Positions 48,301 through 57,058 of a stretch of 64,000 nucleotides of DNA are shown one piece after another. Both the position numbers and the translations under genes were made by a program. A model generated the notes under the pieces. The model did no database searches and was not told where the DNA came from. It saw nothing but the letters and a program-made list of their open reading frames with translations. Every line of letters begins with the position of its first letter. Positions within the stretch are counted from its first letter, which is position 1. The DNA is from an uncultured Methanosarcinales archaeon (lineage in GTDB: Archaea > Nanobdellota > Nanobdellia > Woesearchaeales > CAYSVS01), in contig CAYSVS010000001.1 of the NCBI GenBank assembly GCA_964434475.1, forward strand, positions 22,820 to 86,819, given 5' to 3'.

Positions 48301-50602
48301 AGCAGGAAATGTTGGAACCAGCTCAAGAGTAATCAAGATAGATACAGTAAAGCCAAGCACAACATTGACATATAATAATACTGATGCAGAAACAACTTGG
48401 GTTAATACTCCTGTAAATATCACTATAACAGCAACAGATGTAAATTCAGGTGTCAATTATACACAATGGAGAAATTCAACATCCGGCTCATGGATAACTG
48501 TTGAAGGAAGCTTTGTATTGTCAAACAATTTGACTGACAATATTATATATTATAGGTCAGTTGACAATGCGACAAACACTGAGACAATCAAACAGAAAGA
48601 TTTCTACTATGATGGAACAGCTCCTGTTGCGCCTTCGATAACATTAAGCTCAGATACTGTGGGATTGGGCGGAAGTGTTGTAGTTGATGTAACTAGTTCA
48701 GATCTTTTGTCAGGATTAGCTTCAACAGCTGATTATGAGATAAATGGTTCAACTGGAACTTTAGATTATTCGAACGGAAAATATTCTGGAACAGTAACAG
48801 CTCCAGCAATAGCAGGAACATATAATTTGACAATCACAGTAAGTGATGAAGCAGGAAATACTGTAAGTGATGCAAATTCTCAGATAACTACAAACGGTAC
48901 AGTAGCTTCAATCAGTGTAAATAAGGCTAATGGAACTGTTGTAGAAAGCGGAAGCACAGTTACGATTACTATCGATGGCGATAATGCAACCGGTTGGTAT
49001 AATTATACTGGTGGATCAGAAACGAATATTTCTGGAACTTCAGCATCAGTTACAATATCTGGCACAGGATTGTTTAATCTGTATGTGTATGCGAACAATA
49101 CAGCAGGATTGGTAAATCAAAACTATACTTATGTTATTGATGCAGATGCGCCTTTAACAACTGTTACAGCTCCTACAGCAGGTTCAGAGATTAACGCAAC
49201 AGATACAATAACAGCAACAGCAGACGATCAAACTGGAATTGGTGTTGAAAATGTTGTTTTCACTGTAACTAAAGTAGGAAGCACAACTGCTTATAAAACA
49301 TTTACAGATACAACATCGCCATATACATTTACATTAGATACTTTTGCAGCAAAAGACGGTAATTATAGTATAGAAGCTGTAGCAACAGACTACTTTAGCA
49401 ATAGCAATACATCAACAATCTATGTGGTGATAAATAACACAGGAGTATCGACTACAACAAATGCAGACGCATCTGGTGAGGTTGATTTTTCAGCAACAGA
49501 TTTTGCTACAGTATTGGATGTGATTACAGGATTGAATGATAGTGTTAATGTAGTGGTTTCAGTTCCACAAAGTGTTGCTAATGCTCCAAGTACAACGACG
49601 CAATTAGAGGAAACAATACACACTTTAAATATCACAACAGATACGCCAGCAACATCAAGAGTTTATTTTACTATTTTGACAACTACATTGGATGATTTGA
49701 GCATAACTTCTCCATACTCTAATCTGTATGTTTATGTAGATCATGGAAGTGGAGTAGAAGAAATAGGTGCAGCAACATTTGTTGATACAGTAACAAAGAA
49801 CGGTAATGAGTATAAGAGATTCTATTTTGAAACCGATGAATACAGTACATTTTTCATAGGTAAGAAAGCTGTAGTGGTACAAGAAGATGATGAAGAAACT
49901 TCAACCACTGGCGGAACAACAGGCGGGTTAAGCACACTATCAACAGCAAAAGGAATATCTGTGACTCATATGTGGAATGTTATCAAGCCTTCTATTCCAA
50001 GTTCGATGAGTATAACAAACGATGATATAGCATTCAGGAAAGTTGTATTCACTGTAACTGAAGAATCTCAAAATGTAAGGATGGAGATAACATCTTTGGC
50101 AGAAAAGCCAGAAACAACTGTTGAGATTATTGAACCTGTATTCCAGTATCTTGAAGTTGATACTACTAACCTTGATGATGTCAATATCAAATCAGCAAAG
50201 ATAAGCTTTGAGATCAAGAAATCGTGGTTGAACGGTAACAATAAAGAAAGCGTAAGGCTTTTAAGGTTCAGTGATGGCAAGTGGAATGAACTGACTACAG
50301 AATTGACCAATGAAGATGGCACTTATGTTTATTATGAAGCAACTACGCCTGGTTTCAGCTATTTTGCGATAGTGTCTAAAAAGATAGCAGAAGAGCCTGT
50401 AGAGACTGTGCCAACAGAAGAAGTTGAAGAAGAGGTTGAGGTTGAAGAGGAAGAAGAAGCTGCTCCTGAAACCAAGCCAATCGAAGCTCCTGTAACAGAA
50501 GAAGGAATGAAAGGCTGGTTTATAGTGATTGTGTTGGTTGTAATCGGTGTAGCAGCTTATTATTGGTACAACAAGCCAAAGAAAAGGAAGAATAAAAAAT
50601 AG
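45344..50602 (+). CDS. Large T/N-rich secreted surface protein (about 1752 aa) with C-terminal TM anchor and basic tail
   Basis: The probable start is the ATG at 45344, 8 nt after an AGGGAGGG SD; the track opens at 45338. Signal peptide MRKAILLFTMLILSSVLVSAVP. Many Ig/fibronectin-like T-rich repeats with dense sequons. Acidic linker, then GWFIVIVLVVIGVAAYYWYNKPKKRKNKK at the C-terminus. A PGFSYFAIV motif lies ~60 aa before the TM. Confidence 0.8.
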   Translation: MRKAILLFTMLILSSVLVSAVPINYDGYVKSPIGIGIPTMNVSVYNTAAGYSGTRQQWKVTSANPASLGRFTGSYMTDDGATNADIIRIYSYNESNLALGYAFLLTNLANVTSSNHGNLTINRSFYPLFTNVASPQNDTEYATQNINFTFTVQDDVTEDFEEDMSCAFYLGYGTSPSLNTTNTTVDSGDTVTFVKTALLDGGYNWYINCTNNRSVSNVTSVYEFDIDTKAPRYDQIQVSGSIVNISDNVNIWANWTDTFLDSAVLIVNDTDNETKDISMSDMNWNLTNFTFTPASSFVKQNITFNIRANDTLGNLNTTTNAYVYFRDDVKPDVVLINPANQSSKSSTSITFNYSYSDNVAGNLNCSLYLDMGYNESQTVAATTTMQYGAFAKTVEDNDDHEWYVVCVDSDGNSNITPTNEFTVDSSAPIVNLNETQSSTVNQGDKIHYWANWTYGINQIDVAILYVNGQMANMTYSVGSNNLVNLSYTTNNNQAGSTLSLYMWVNDTAGLEANSGIITVGVNDTIAPSVVPNLPIDNYNTSSLTMNWSAIVTDNNVAPNISCNISVAGNINHIGSGFTNGSIVSTGDQTVPTGVNLWNFTCWDQAGNTATSATRTLNVDRQASLVFAQGYNDSTVGLTKSILVYANVTDNFLGIKNVSIKYGSNAPVAMTPTGDTYSVATTAGALGISTTDNHSVTIIAYDTVNNVNNTEVIYIDVDASMPIVHTVLANETYVKSTDLINFSAFVNDTSLVSVTLNGTNMTGDMVNGGIFYTINSTSDFGCEDIEGTCTFFVSASDTVGNVNDTESVTVTVDDIAPRVTSFSVVDADNMVMNTTSVVVRANITDASVASVTVNGTAMSQSGDYYQVTTTMAALGCAPDGECTLGITATDAAGNINSTETTTITVDTTAPTMNLTYPGNNTWRKVTTPKLNYSFVDAYSDNASCTLSINSVDFTSTVNNDTQKQVYVTGASLSSGSTYTWTVACTDLAGNVGTSSRVIKIDTVKPSTTLTYNNTDAETTWVNTPVNITITATDVNSGVNYTQWRNSTSGSWITVEGSFVLSNNLTDNIIYYRSVDNATNTETIKQKDFYYDGTAPVAPSITLSSDTVGLGGSVVVDVTSSDLLSGLASTADYEINGSTGTLDYSNGKYSGTVTAPAIAGTYNLTITVSDEAGNTVSDANSQITTNGTVASISVNKANGTVVESGSTVTITIDGDNATGWYNYTGGSETNISGTSASVTISGTGLFNLYVYANNTAGLVNQNYTYVIDADAPLTTVTAPTAGSEINATDTITATADDQTGIGVENVVFTVTKVGSTTAYKTFTDTTSPYTFTLDTFAAKDGNYSIEAVATDYFSNSNTSTIYVVINNTGVSTTTNADASGEVDFSATDFATVLDVITGLNDSVNVVVSVPQSVANAPSTTTQLEETIHTLNITTDTPATSRVYFTILTTTLDDLSITSPYSNLYVYVDHGSGVEEIGAATFVDTVTKNGNEYKRFYFETDEYSTFFIGKKAVVVQEDDEETSTTGGTTGGLSTLSTAKGISVTHMWNVIKPSIPSSMSITNDDIAFRKVVFTVTEESQNVRMEITSLAEKPETTVEIIEPVFQYLEVDTTNLDDVNIKSAKISFEIKKSWLNGNNKESVRLLRFSDGKWNELTTELTNEDGTYVYYEATTPGFSYFAIVSKKIAEEPVETVPTEEVEEEVEVEEEEEAAPETKPIEAPVTEEGMKGWFIVIVLVVIGVAAYYWYNKPKKRKNKK

Positions 50603-50687
50603 ACTTCTTTTTTTATTTTATTTTTTTAATGTTTTTATATTAATTTTAATGTTTTATTTTTAAGAAGTATATTTTAATTGTTTGATT

Positions 50688-51551
50688 TTATATTATTTTT
50701 AAACTAGCATAACCCACAGCGTTCTTATAATCTTTTGTGATGTCTCCTGATGTATAATAGTTCAAAAGTTTAGCTTTTTCAGCGCCTATTCTTTTTGCTG
50801 TAGCCAATAGCGCAGCAATAGCTTTACTGCCGCAGATTGTCGCTTGTTTATCTTTGACATATTTAAGAAAATTCTTGTCATCAAGCTTGTTGATAAAGCT
50901 TATGGCTTCTCTATCTAGATTATATAAGTGTTCTTTTATATCTTTATTAAATGGTATATATCCATAATTAGGTCCATAATGGGTGAAATCAGATGATGCG
51001 ATTAATGCTGCATCATATTTTGTTTTTTTCAAAGCTTTTGTTAAAGAAAAAGCCAGATCTTTATGAGGACAGTCATGGCTTACGCTTATCGGAACAATCC
51101 TTATTTTACTTTGTTTATCCTTGCAGGCAAACTGCAGGAATGGTAGCTGAACTTCTATACTGTGCTCTTCTTGATGCGCCATAGGTCTATCTTCGAGTAT
51201 AGAATTATTTGTTAGATAATTGACAAACTTCTTATGACATTTTACTGTGCCTAAAGGTGTTTTCCAGTCTTCTGTCAATGTTGCTGTATTGCCTAATCCG
51301 GTATGGTTGGTGCCAAGTATTATGAAAACATCAGGCATTTTAGATTCTGCAATCTCTTTGTATGCATATGCTTGGCATATTCCTGAATAAGCATAACCAG
51401 CATGAGGAGCTATGATGCCCAATGTTTTTTTTTGTGATCTTTTGCCAGGCATCCCAGGACCTTTTTCAAAACACTCTTCTATCTGTCTATTTAATGATTT
51501 TTGAGTATCTTCATAGAACATTCCTGAAACAATAGGTTGTCTTGTCATCAT
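50688..51551 (-). CDS. MEMO1-family protein (AmmeMemoRadiSam system protein B)
   Basis: TLGIIAPHAGYAYSG and HSIE...DFTHYG motifs of the Memo-like family. 287 aa. Confidence 0.7.
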   Translation of the reverse strand: MMTRQPIVSGMFYEDTQKSLNRQIEECFEKGPGMPGKRSQKKTLGIIAPHAGYAYSGICQAYAYKEIAESKMPDVFIILGTNHTGLGNTATLTEDWKTPLGTVKCHKKFVNYLTNNSILEDRPMAHQEEHSIEVQLPFLQFACKDKQSKIRIVPISVSHDCPHKDLAFSLTKALKKTKYDAALIASSDFTHYGPNYGYIPFNKDIKEHLYNLDREAISFINKLDDKNFLKYVKDKQATICGSKAIAALLATAKRIGAEKAKLLNYYTSGDITKDYKNAVGYASLKII

Positions 51552-51651
51552 TTTATTTTTGAGTTTTCTGATATATAAAGGTTTTTATTTATTTTTTTAT
51601 CTATTCTACTTGCTAAATATTTTTAAACCTGTGCTTTGTTCTTGTTTTTTT

Positions 51652-51936
51652 ATGACAGAATTTAAAGATTCGAATATTGATGATAAGGTTGTTTGTGAAT
51701 TAGCAAAATATGTGGGTAAGGAAATTCATGTGGAGTATATTAATCAAGACATCGATAAGCACAGGAAAGCTGTTTTGATGTTTCCTCCTAACAAAAGATC
51801 TTTTCATATAGGAAAGGATGATCATTATTCTATTGTTTATTGGAATTTATCTGATAACGGAAAGTTAAATGCAGTTAAATCAATAAAAGATTCTTACGGT
51901 AAGCAAATATATATGAATGATACATTCTATGATTGA
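51652..51936 (+). CDS. Hypothetical small protein (about 94 aa)
   Basis: Probable start at 51652 (MTEFKDSNIDDK). The track's N-terminal 31 aa (from 51559) read like translated AT-rich intergenic sequence. Confidence 0.3.
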   Translation: MTEFKDSNIDDKVVCELAKYVGKEIHVEYINQDIDKHRKAVLMFPPNKRSFHIGKDDHYSIVYWNLSDNGKLNAVKSIKDSYGKQIYMNDTFYD

Positions 51937-51993
51937 CTTTTATTCTTATTATTGACAATCTCGCTCGCTGTATTTTCTGTGATATTCAAATAT

Positions 51994-52174
51994 CCTGCAT
52001 TTTAGTGCGAAAATTTCAACGCTAAAAAATTGCTTTGTTACTTTTGGCGTGCCAAAAATATGTCTTAATGACAATTCTGTAATACTTCAACCTTTATGTG
52101 GAGGATATGCTGACAAATCATAGATTTGCTGCATGTTGAAATTTGTTAAATAGAATTAACAATAAAGACAAATT
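51994..52174. repeat. Copy B of the ~150-bp repeated noncoding element (carries a ~30-bp insertion relative to copy A)
   Basis: Aligns block by block with 17281..17435 (TTTAGTGCGA, AAAAAATTG, GTAATAC, GGATATGCTGACAAATC, GCATGTTGAA, AAAGACAAATT). Lies in the convergent gap between two gene ends. Confidence 0.5.
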
Positions 52175-52212
52175 AATGTTATTTTTATTATGATGGTTTA
52201 TTTATATCTACC

Positions 52213-53142
52213 TTATTCAGTCAATCCTTCGCAATCATAGATAGATATATGTTCTTGGTCAAGTCTGAACCATATAGGTAATCCTTGTATATTGTAGTAT
52301 TTAGGGTTTAGATCAGAGAAATATATGTAATCTACCACTGACTTTTCTTCAATATTTATGTTATTATTTACAAGATTCTCAATATTCACTAGGCTTTCTA
52401 TCCCCTTATCATTTGCAGTTGTTTTTCCTTCTAACCTGTCAAGATAGCTTGGCCCTAAATCTGATGCTATGTAGTGTTGGCTTAGTGTATGATTCAATAG
52501 TTTTTCTGTTTTGTTATTTTCAATAAAATTGGAGTATGGGCTTTTTTTGATTATATTTGGAACTTTGCCTAACGTATTAATAGAGTATAAAGGATCTTCT
52601 AATCCTTTTATGCTTATTTTGCTTTTGATTGTTTTATTGTATCTGAATTCTGCAATATCACTTTTGTCTTTTAATTCTATATCTGCTTTTAATCTTATTT
52701 CAACGAACCAAGGATCGGTTTGATATATATCTATAGAGATTATGCTTATATTTGAGATAATATTCATATAATCTGCTTTTTCTTTTACTTTGTTAAGCCA
52801 TAGTGCTAGATTGGTATTGTTCATCATCCGAGATTCTTGCCCGTCTAATGTGCTGTTTATGAACAGTTCTTTAAAATCTTTATTGACATTGTCACTGAAT
52901 TCTCTTTTTTCTACTATGTTATCTGTTATTGATGTTAATGCTCTTGAACCTATTATTTCAGATGCTCTTTCTATGTCTCTTTCGAAATCTTCAATAAAGT
53001 AGTTCATTGTATTGACTCTTTTTTTGATAAGATCTCTATCTTTATCTTTTTCTTCGTTTAATGTAAAAGCTGTTAGCAGGAGTGAAACCAGTAAAATTGT
53101 GCTTACTGTAAAAAACATTGCTTTTTTATTTTTTAATGCCAT
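52213..53142 (-). CDS. Pilin-like protein (309 aa) with type IV pilin-type N-terminus
   Basis: N-terminus MALKNKKAMFFTVSTILLVSLLLTAF (basic residues then a hydrophobic helix). Last gene of the minus-strand pilin operon. Confidence 0.5.
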   Translation of the reverse strand: MALKNKKAMFFTVSTILLVSLLLTAFTLNEEKDKDRDLIKKRVNTMNYFIEDFERDIERASEIIGSRALTSITDNIVEKREFSDNVNKDFKELFINSTLDGQESRMMNNTNLALWLNKVKEKADYMNIISNISIISIDIYQTDPWFVEIRLKADIELKDKSDIAEFRYNKTIKSKISIKGLEDPLYSINTLGKVPNIIKKSPYSNFIENNKTEKLLNHTLSQHYIASDLGPSYLDRLEGKTTANDKGIESLVNIENLVNNNINIEEKSVVDYIYFSDLNPKYYNIQGLPIWFRLDQEHISIYDCEGLTE

Positions 53143-55742
53143 ATTCTAACCTCTGCTTTAGTAGGGCCTATCAGATAAGGTATGTTGCCTATATCTATCT
53201 GGTTTACGTTTATGTTCAAGTTTTGTATATTAAGATATAGCAATCCGTCATCATCAAAATCTAATGTTTTGAAAAATTCATATGTTGCAACATCTGTTGC
53301 ATCTTTTCTGTCATAAGATTTTTCCTTGAAATAGCAGTCTTTATCTCCTTTGTAATCATTAGGTATTTTTATTTCTGTTTCTTCACCATCTTCAAATTCC
53401 AGATGCCATCTACATCCTTCGCTTTTTGGCAGAACTTCAGTATATCTTATCTGCGGATAATATATTAAGTCATAGATTAATCTGCTTTTTTCCGGAATCT
53501 TGTTTTTTGATGATGTGCCTATATTAAGTGTAATCTGGTTATCTTCTTCTTTTTCTATATATTTTGTAGGTATGTTTATATGGAATGGATCGCCTAGTTC
53601 TGAATAAGGTAAATTATATGTGTCAATGTCATAAGTATCTATGTCATAGTTTGAGTTTTTTATGTTAGCAGTTTTTGTCCAATAGTCTTTTGAATATGAT
53701 GTTAAAGTTAGCTGTGTTATATCCATTTCTTCGGGTATGTATATACTGGAATTAGAGCTGAAAGGAGGCGTTTCTATGTTGAATAGTATTCCTTCTGGAT
53801 TTTTTTCTTCTTGATTTATTATCTCTATGTATGAATCAGGATATAATGCTGTTGGTTCATAACTGAAGTTTGTCTGGATTGTTTGTTTATTATAACTGAT
53901 ATTTGCTATGCTTTCTGCTATAGACTCATATATTTCGCTTAATTGTGAAGCATTGCTCGCGTCAAAATACTTGCCTTCATTACATGCCATCTGGCTTAAT
54001 GTAGATGCGTCTGCACTTTCTCCAAATCCTACTGTGTAGACGCTTATGTCTTCATCGCATGCTTCTTGTGCAGCTCTTATCGCATCTGTCTTTCCGTTTC
54101 CGCTTCCTCCATAGCATCTTATGTTTGCTTCTCCATCACTCATAACGACAATAAACCTTTTGTTTGTGCTTGATCCTATATTTTCCATGGCTCTTATTAT
54201 TCCGCAGCATATACAAGTTCCGTACCAAGAGTCCATATTATTTATGTGTTCTTTTAGTGTATTTATGTTATTGGTAAGATGAATCTCTCCTACTATTCCT
54301 TCAGGAAATTCTACGATATCCTGGCCACAAGGTTGTTCTACATAGCTTGAATAGTAAGGATATTCTGCGCTATATTCTACCAATCCTATGTTGTTGTTTT
54401 CATTTTCGAGTATGTTATCTATAAAATCAGTGGAAGCTTTTTTAGCAACGTCTATCCTTCTCTCTGCTTCATCTCTGCATTTTCCTGTCCTTATCCATTT
54501 ATATCCGCATGCATCTTGTCCTGCTTTATCAGGATAATTGAAATGCTGCTGCCATCTCCAATTTGTCATATAATCGTCTGGTTCGTTTATACAATATTCC
54601 ATACTGCCTGAGAGGTCGCTTGCCAGGATAACATCAGCAAATTCCTGATCTTGTGTTGTGATGTTCTTTATGCTTAATCTTATAGGCAATGTAGTGTAGC
54701 TGATATCTTCATAGTTAAATATGGTTTGCAGTTCGTTATCATCTATTATTATTGTTTTTTCTCCTTTTGGATTATCTTCATATACTGTCTTATTTCCTAT
54801 TCTCAGATATGTGTCATATGTGCTGTTTATATGGAGTTTGATATTCATCCCTTTGATATCTTTTGTATTTATGCCTGAATAATAATTTATGAAGCCTTTG
54901 ATGCCTTTGAAATATTGTTTTGTCTCAGTATCTGGTTTGAAAAATATGTCTGAAACATTGTAGCTTATCTGGAAAAACCCTCCTGCGATGTATCCTTTAT
55001 TCTGGAATTTAATTTCTATGGTGTTGTTTCCTTTTGTTATTAAATCTAGTTTGTCTTCTGGAACCTGGTAGTAAAAATCTTCTTTTTCACACTCTTTGGC
55101 AAGATATTTGTTTATGTACAGTTCAAAATCTTGATCAGTATCAAATTCAAAATCTGCTGATTTTATAGTATCTGCATTCATAGGAATTCTTATATTGAAT
55201 GTTATGTTTCCATTGCCTATGTATCCTCCAAAATATTCTCTCTTGTTTTGTGTATAATCCTTTATCTCTGTCATAGAAGATCTTGCGATATAACCTTTTA
55301 TGCTTTTGTTTTTCATTATTCCGGTTATATGTCTTGTTCCTGAGATAAGTTGTTTTGGGGTTTTTTCAGATGTAGAATATATCTTTTCCTCTTCTAAAAA
55401 AAATCCATAATCCATCTGCGGAGGTATGATGTTTTTTGAGATGTTCTTAAAAATGTTTTTCGCGATATTTTCTCTATTTGTAGACCAAAATATTACTGTC
55501 TGTTCCAATACAGAATTATCTGTTTCGGTAATTATCTTATCCTCTATAAGTTTGTTTATATACTCATTGTTTGTCTCGTTTATTTTCATCATAGACAAGC
55601 TGTTTATCATATCCTGTGAGTAGAATTCAAGTTGAGATTTTGGATTCTCATGTATATTGAAGCTTGTTAATGCTGTTATACTTATCATTATCAATGTAAG
55701 TGCAAAGATTCCGTCTGCTGTGAAAAACTGGGCTTTTTTCAT
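53133..55742 (-). CDS. Large pilin-like protein with von Willebrand factor A domain (candidate pilus-tip adhesin)
   Basis: N-terminus MKKAQFFTADGIFALTLIMISITAL. vWA MIDAS motifs ILASDLSGSMEY, FIVVMSDGEANI, VYTVGFGESAD at roughly 53970..54620. 869 aa. Confidence 0.65.
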   Translation of the reverse strand: MKKAQFFTADGIFALTLIMISITALTSFNIHENPKSQLEFYSQDMINSLSMMKINETNNEYINKLIEDKIITETDNSVLEQTVIFWSTNRENIAKNIFKNISKNIIPPQMDYGFFLEEEKIYSTSEKTPKQLISGTRHITGIMKNKSIKGYIARSSMTEIKDYTQNKREYFGGYIGNGNITFNIRIPMNADTIKSADFEFDTDQDFELYINKYLAKECEKEDFYYQVPEDKLDLITKGNNTIEIKFQNKGYIAGGFFQISYNVSDIFFKPDTETKQYFKGIKGFINYYSGINTKDIKGMNIKLHINSTYDTYLRIGNKTVYEDNPKGEKTIIIDDNELQTIFNYEDISYTTLPIRLSIKNITTQDQEFADVILASDLSGSMEYCINEPDDYMTNWRWQQHFNYPDKAGQDACGYKWIRTGKCRDEAERRIDVAKKASTDFIDNILENENNNIGLVEYSAEYPYYSSYVEQPCGQDIVEFPEGIVGEIHLTNNINTLKEHINNMDSWYGTCICCGIIRAMENIGSSTNKRFIVVMSDGEANIRCYGGSGNGKTDAIRAAQEACDEDISVYTVGFGESADASTLSQMACNEGKYFDASNASQLSEIYESIAESIANISYNKQTIQTNFSYEPTALYPDSYIEIINQEEKNPEGILFNIETPPFSSNSSIYIPEEMDITQLTLTSYSKDYWTKTANIKNSNYDIDTYDIDTYNLPYSELGDPFHINIPTKYIEKEEDNQITLNIGTSSKNKIPEKSRLIYDLIYYPQIRYTEVLPKSEGCRWHLEFEDGEETEIKIPNDYKGDKDCYFKEKSYDRKDATDVATYEFFKTLDFDDDGLLYLNIQNLNINVNQIDIGNIPYLIGPTKAEVRIWH

Positions 55743-56203
55743 TTCCAGACATACACCCCTATGTTGATCAGATCCTTATCTAATATGCCTATCCTTTCAA
55801 TCTTAACCAGCTCTGTGGTTTCATCATAATCCTCTATTCCATTTATCTTTTCAGTTTCATTATCTTTTGATAGATATATGTAGAAATCAAATTTCATGTT
55901 AGTGATGTTTTTTAATCTGTTGTATTTAATATTTTTTAAGTACTTTAATTTTGTTTTGTTAATCTCATTATCCAGTATTCCTATCTGTTCTATGTTTTCT
56001 GTATTCCAATGTTCAGGATAACCTGTATCCATCAACATTTCAGATAGTCTTATTGCTTCGTTCTCAATTATGTTTACTGATTTCAGGCCTGAATCATAAT
56101 TATAGAAAAATATTGCTGCAACTAATGTAAAGAGCATCAATCCTATCATGAAATCGATGTAAAAAACCTGTGCTTTCTTATTGATTAATGATGACTTTTC
56201 CAT
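55739..56203 (-). CDS. Pilin-like protein (154 aa)
   Basis: N-terminus NKKAQVFYIDFMIGLMLFTLVAAIFF, a class III signal peptide-like sequence. Confidence 0.5.
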   Translation of the reverse strand: MEKSSLINKKAQVFYIDFMIGLMLFTLVAAIFFYNYDSGLKSVNIIENEAIRLSEMLMDTGYPEHWNTENIEQIGILDNEINKTKLKYLKNIKYNRLKNITNMKFDFYIYLSKDNETEKINGIEDYDETTELVKIERIGILDKDLINIGVYVWK

Positions 56204-56576
56204 TTTTTTTCTCTATCTTGTTTATCCCTTTTTCTAGCTCTCCTGTGAATCCTGCCAGTTTGATTTCCTGTTCAAGATTATTATCTAGGGTAACTATCAA
56301 ATATTCTGAGATTACTATAAAATTATATTCGTGATTGTCTATCTTTTCAGGTATTCTAAAATATCTTGTATATCCTTGTTTTGAATTTCTTGCTATATTT
56401 ATCTCCTGGTAAATATTATATGAAAAATCCTGTAATGCTTTATATTGCTTTTTTTGTTCTATGTCTTTGAACTGGCTATAGGTGAATGTTGAGAAAGTTA
56501 TAAGAATTAAGAATCCTACCGCTATCAACATCATGAATTCCATAGAGATCTGAGCTTTTTTTAACCGCTTATCCAT
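56178..56576 (-). CDS. Archaeal type IV pilin-like protein (DUF361-type class III signal peptide)
   Basis: N-terminus LKKAQISMEFMMLIAVGFLIL fits the QxSxExxxL motif of EppA/PibD-processed pilins. 132 aa. Confidence 0.6.
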   Translation of the reverse strand: MDKRLKKAQISMEFMMLIAVGFLILITFSTFTYSQFKDIEQKKQYKALQDFSYNIYQEINIARNSKQGYTRYFRIPEKIDNHEYNFIVISEYLIVTLDNNLEQEIKLAGFTGELEKGINKIEKKNGKVIINQ

Positions 56577-56968
56577 ACATAGTCTCCTCTAGATTCTATG
56601 CTGATTATATGCATACCTTCTTTTTCGTCGATGCTGCCCTGGAGATTGGCTTCAGAAAAGAATTCCATGTCGCTGATTCCTGCGTCTGTTTTTATCCTAA
56701 AGTTTATCTCGTTCTTCGATATTATTATATTATCTATGTTTTTAGGAAAGTTTATCTCTAATGTTGTTTTTGAAGGTTTTCCGTGGTAGTAAACTTCTTG
56801 TGCTGAGTTCACTATTGTAGTACCTATCTTATTTATGTGTTCTGAAATAATAGTATCTTCTGCTGTGGCAGAATACGATATGTATATGATGGTCAATGGT
56901 ATTATCAGTGCCATCGCTATCCCTACTAATAACAGATATTCCATGCTTGACTGAGACTTTTTCAACAT
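56561..56968 (-). CDS. Archaeal type IV pilin-like protein (DUF361-type class III signal peptide)
   Basis: N-terminus MLKKSQSSMEYLLLVGIAMALII is a perfect QxSxExxxL motif. First gene of the five-gene minus-strand pilin operon. Confidence 0.65.
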   Translation of the reverse strand: MLKKSQSSMEYLLLVGIAMALIIPLTIIYISYSATAEDTIISEHINKIGTTIVNSAQEVYYHGKPSKTTLEINFPKNIDNIIISKNEINFRIKTDAGISDMEFFSEANLQGSIDEKEGMHIISIESRGDYVWISG

Positions 56969-57058
56969 ATATTATAAATCTTATAGATTAGTATAAAAAG
57001 AATTGTAACCATTTTAAAATTAAAACACACATTTAAAAAGCTTAGTTGTTTAGTATTT

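Noticed and set aside
50150-50602. Canonical PGF-CTERM archaeosortase signal at the end of the second giant protein
   Set aside because: The PGF-like motif (PGFSYFAIV) is ~60 aa upstream of the actual TM helix rather than abutting it, so it does not fit the canonical tripartite signal. It is kept as a finding but not called as a feature.
51559-51651. N-terminal 31 aa of ORF 51559..51936 (MSFLIYKGFYLFFYLFYLLNIF...)
   Set aside because: The poly-F/Y/L translation of an AT-rich spacer is typical of intergenic sequence. The real start is probably the ATG at 51652.
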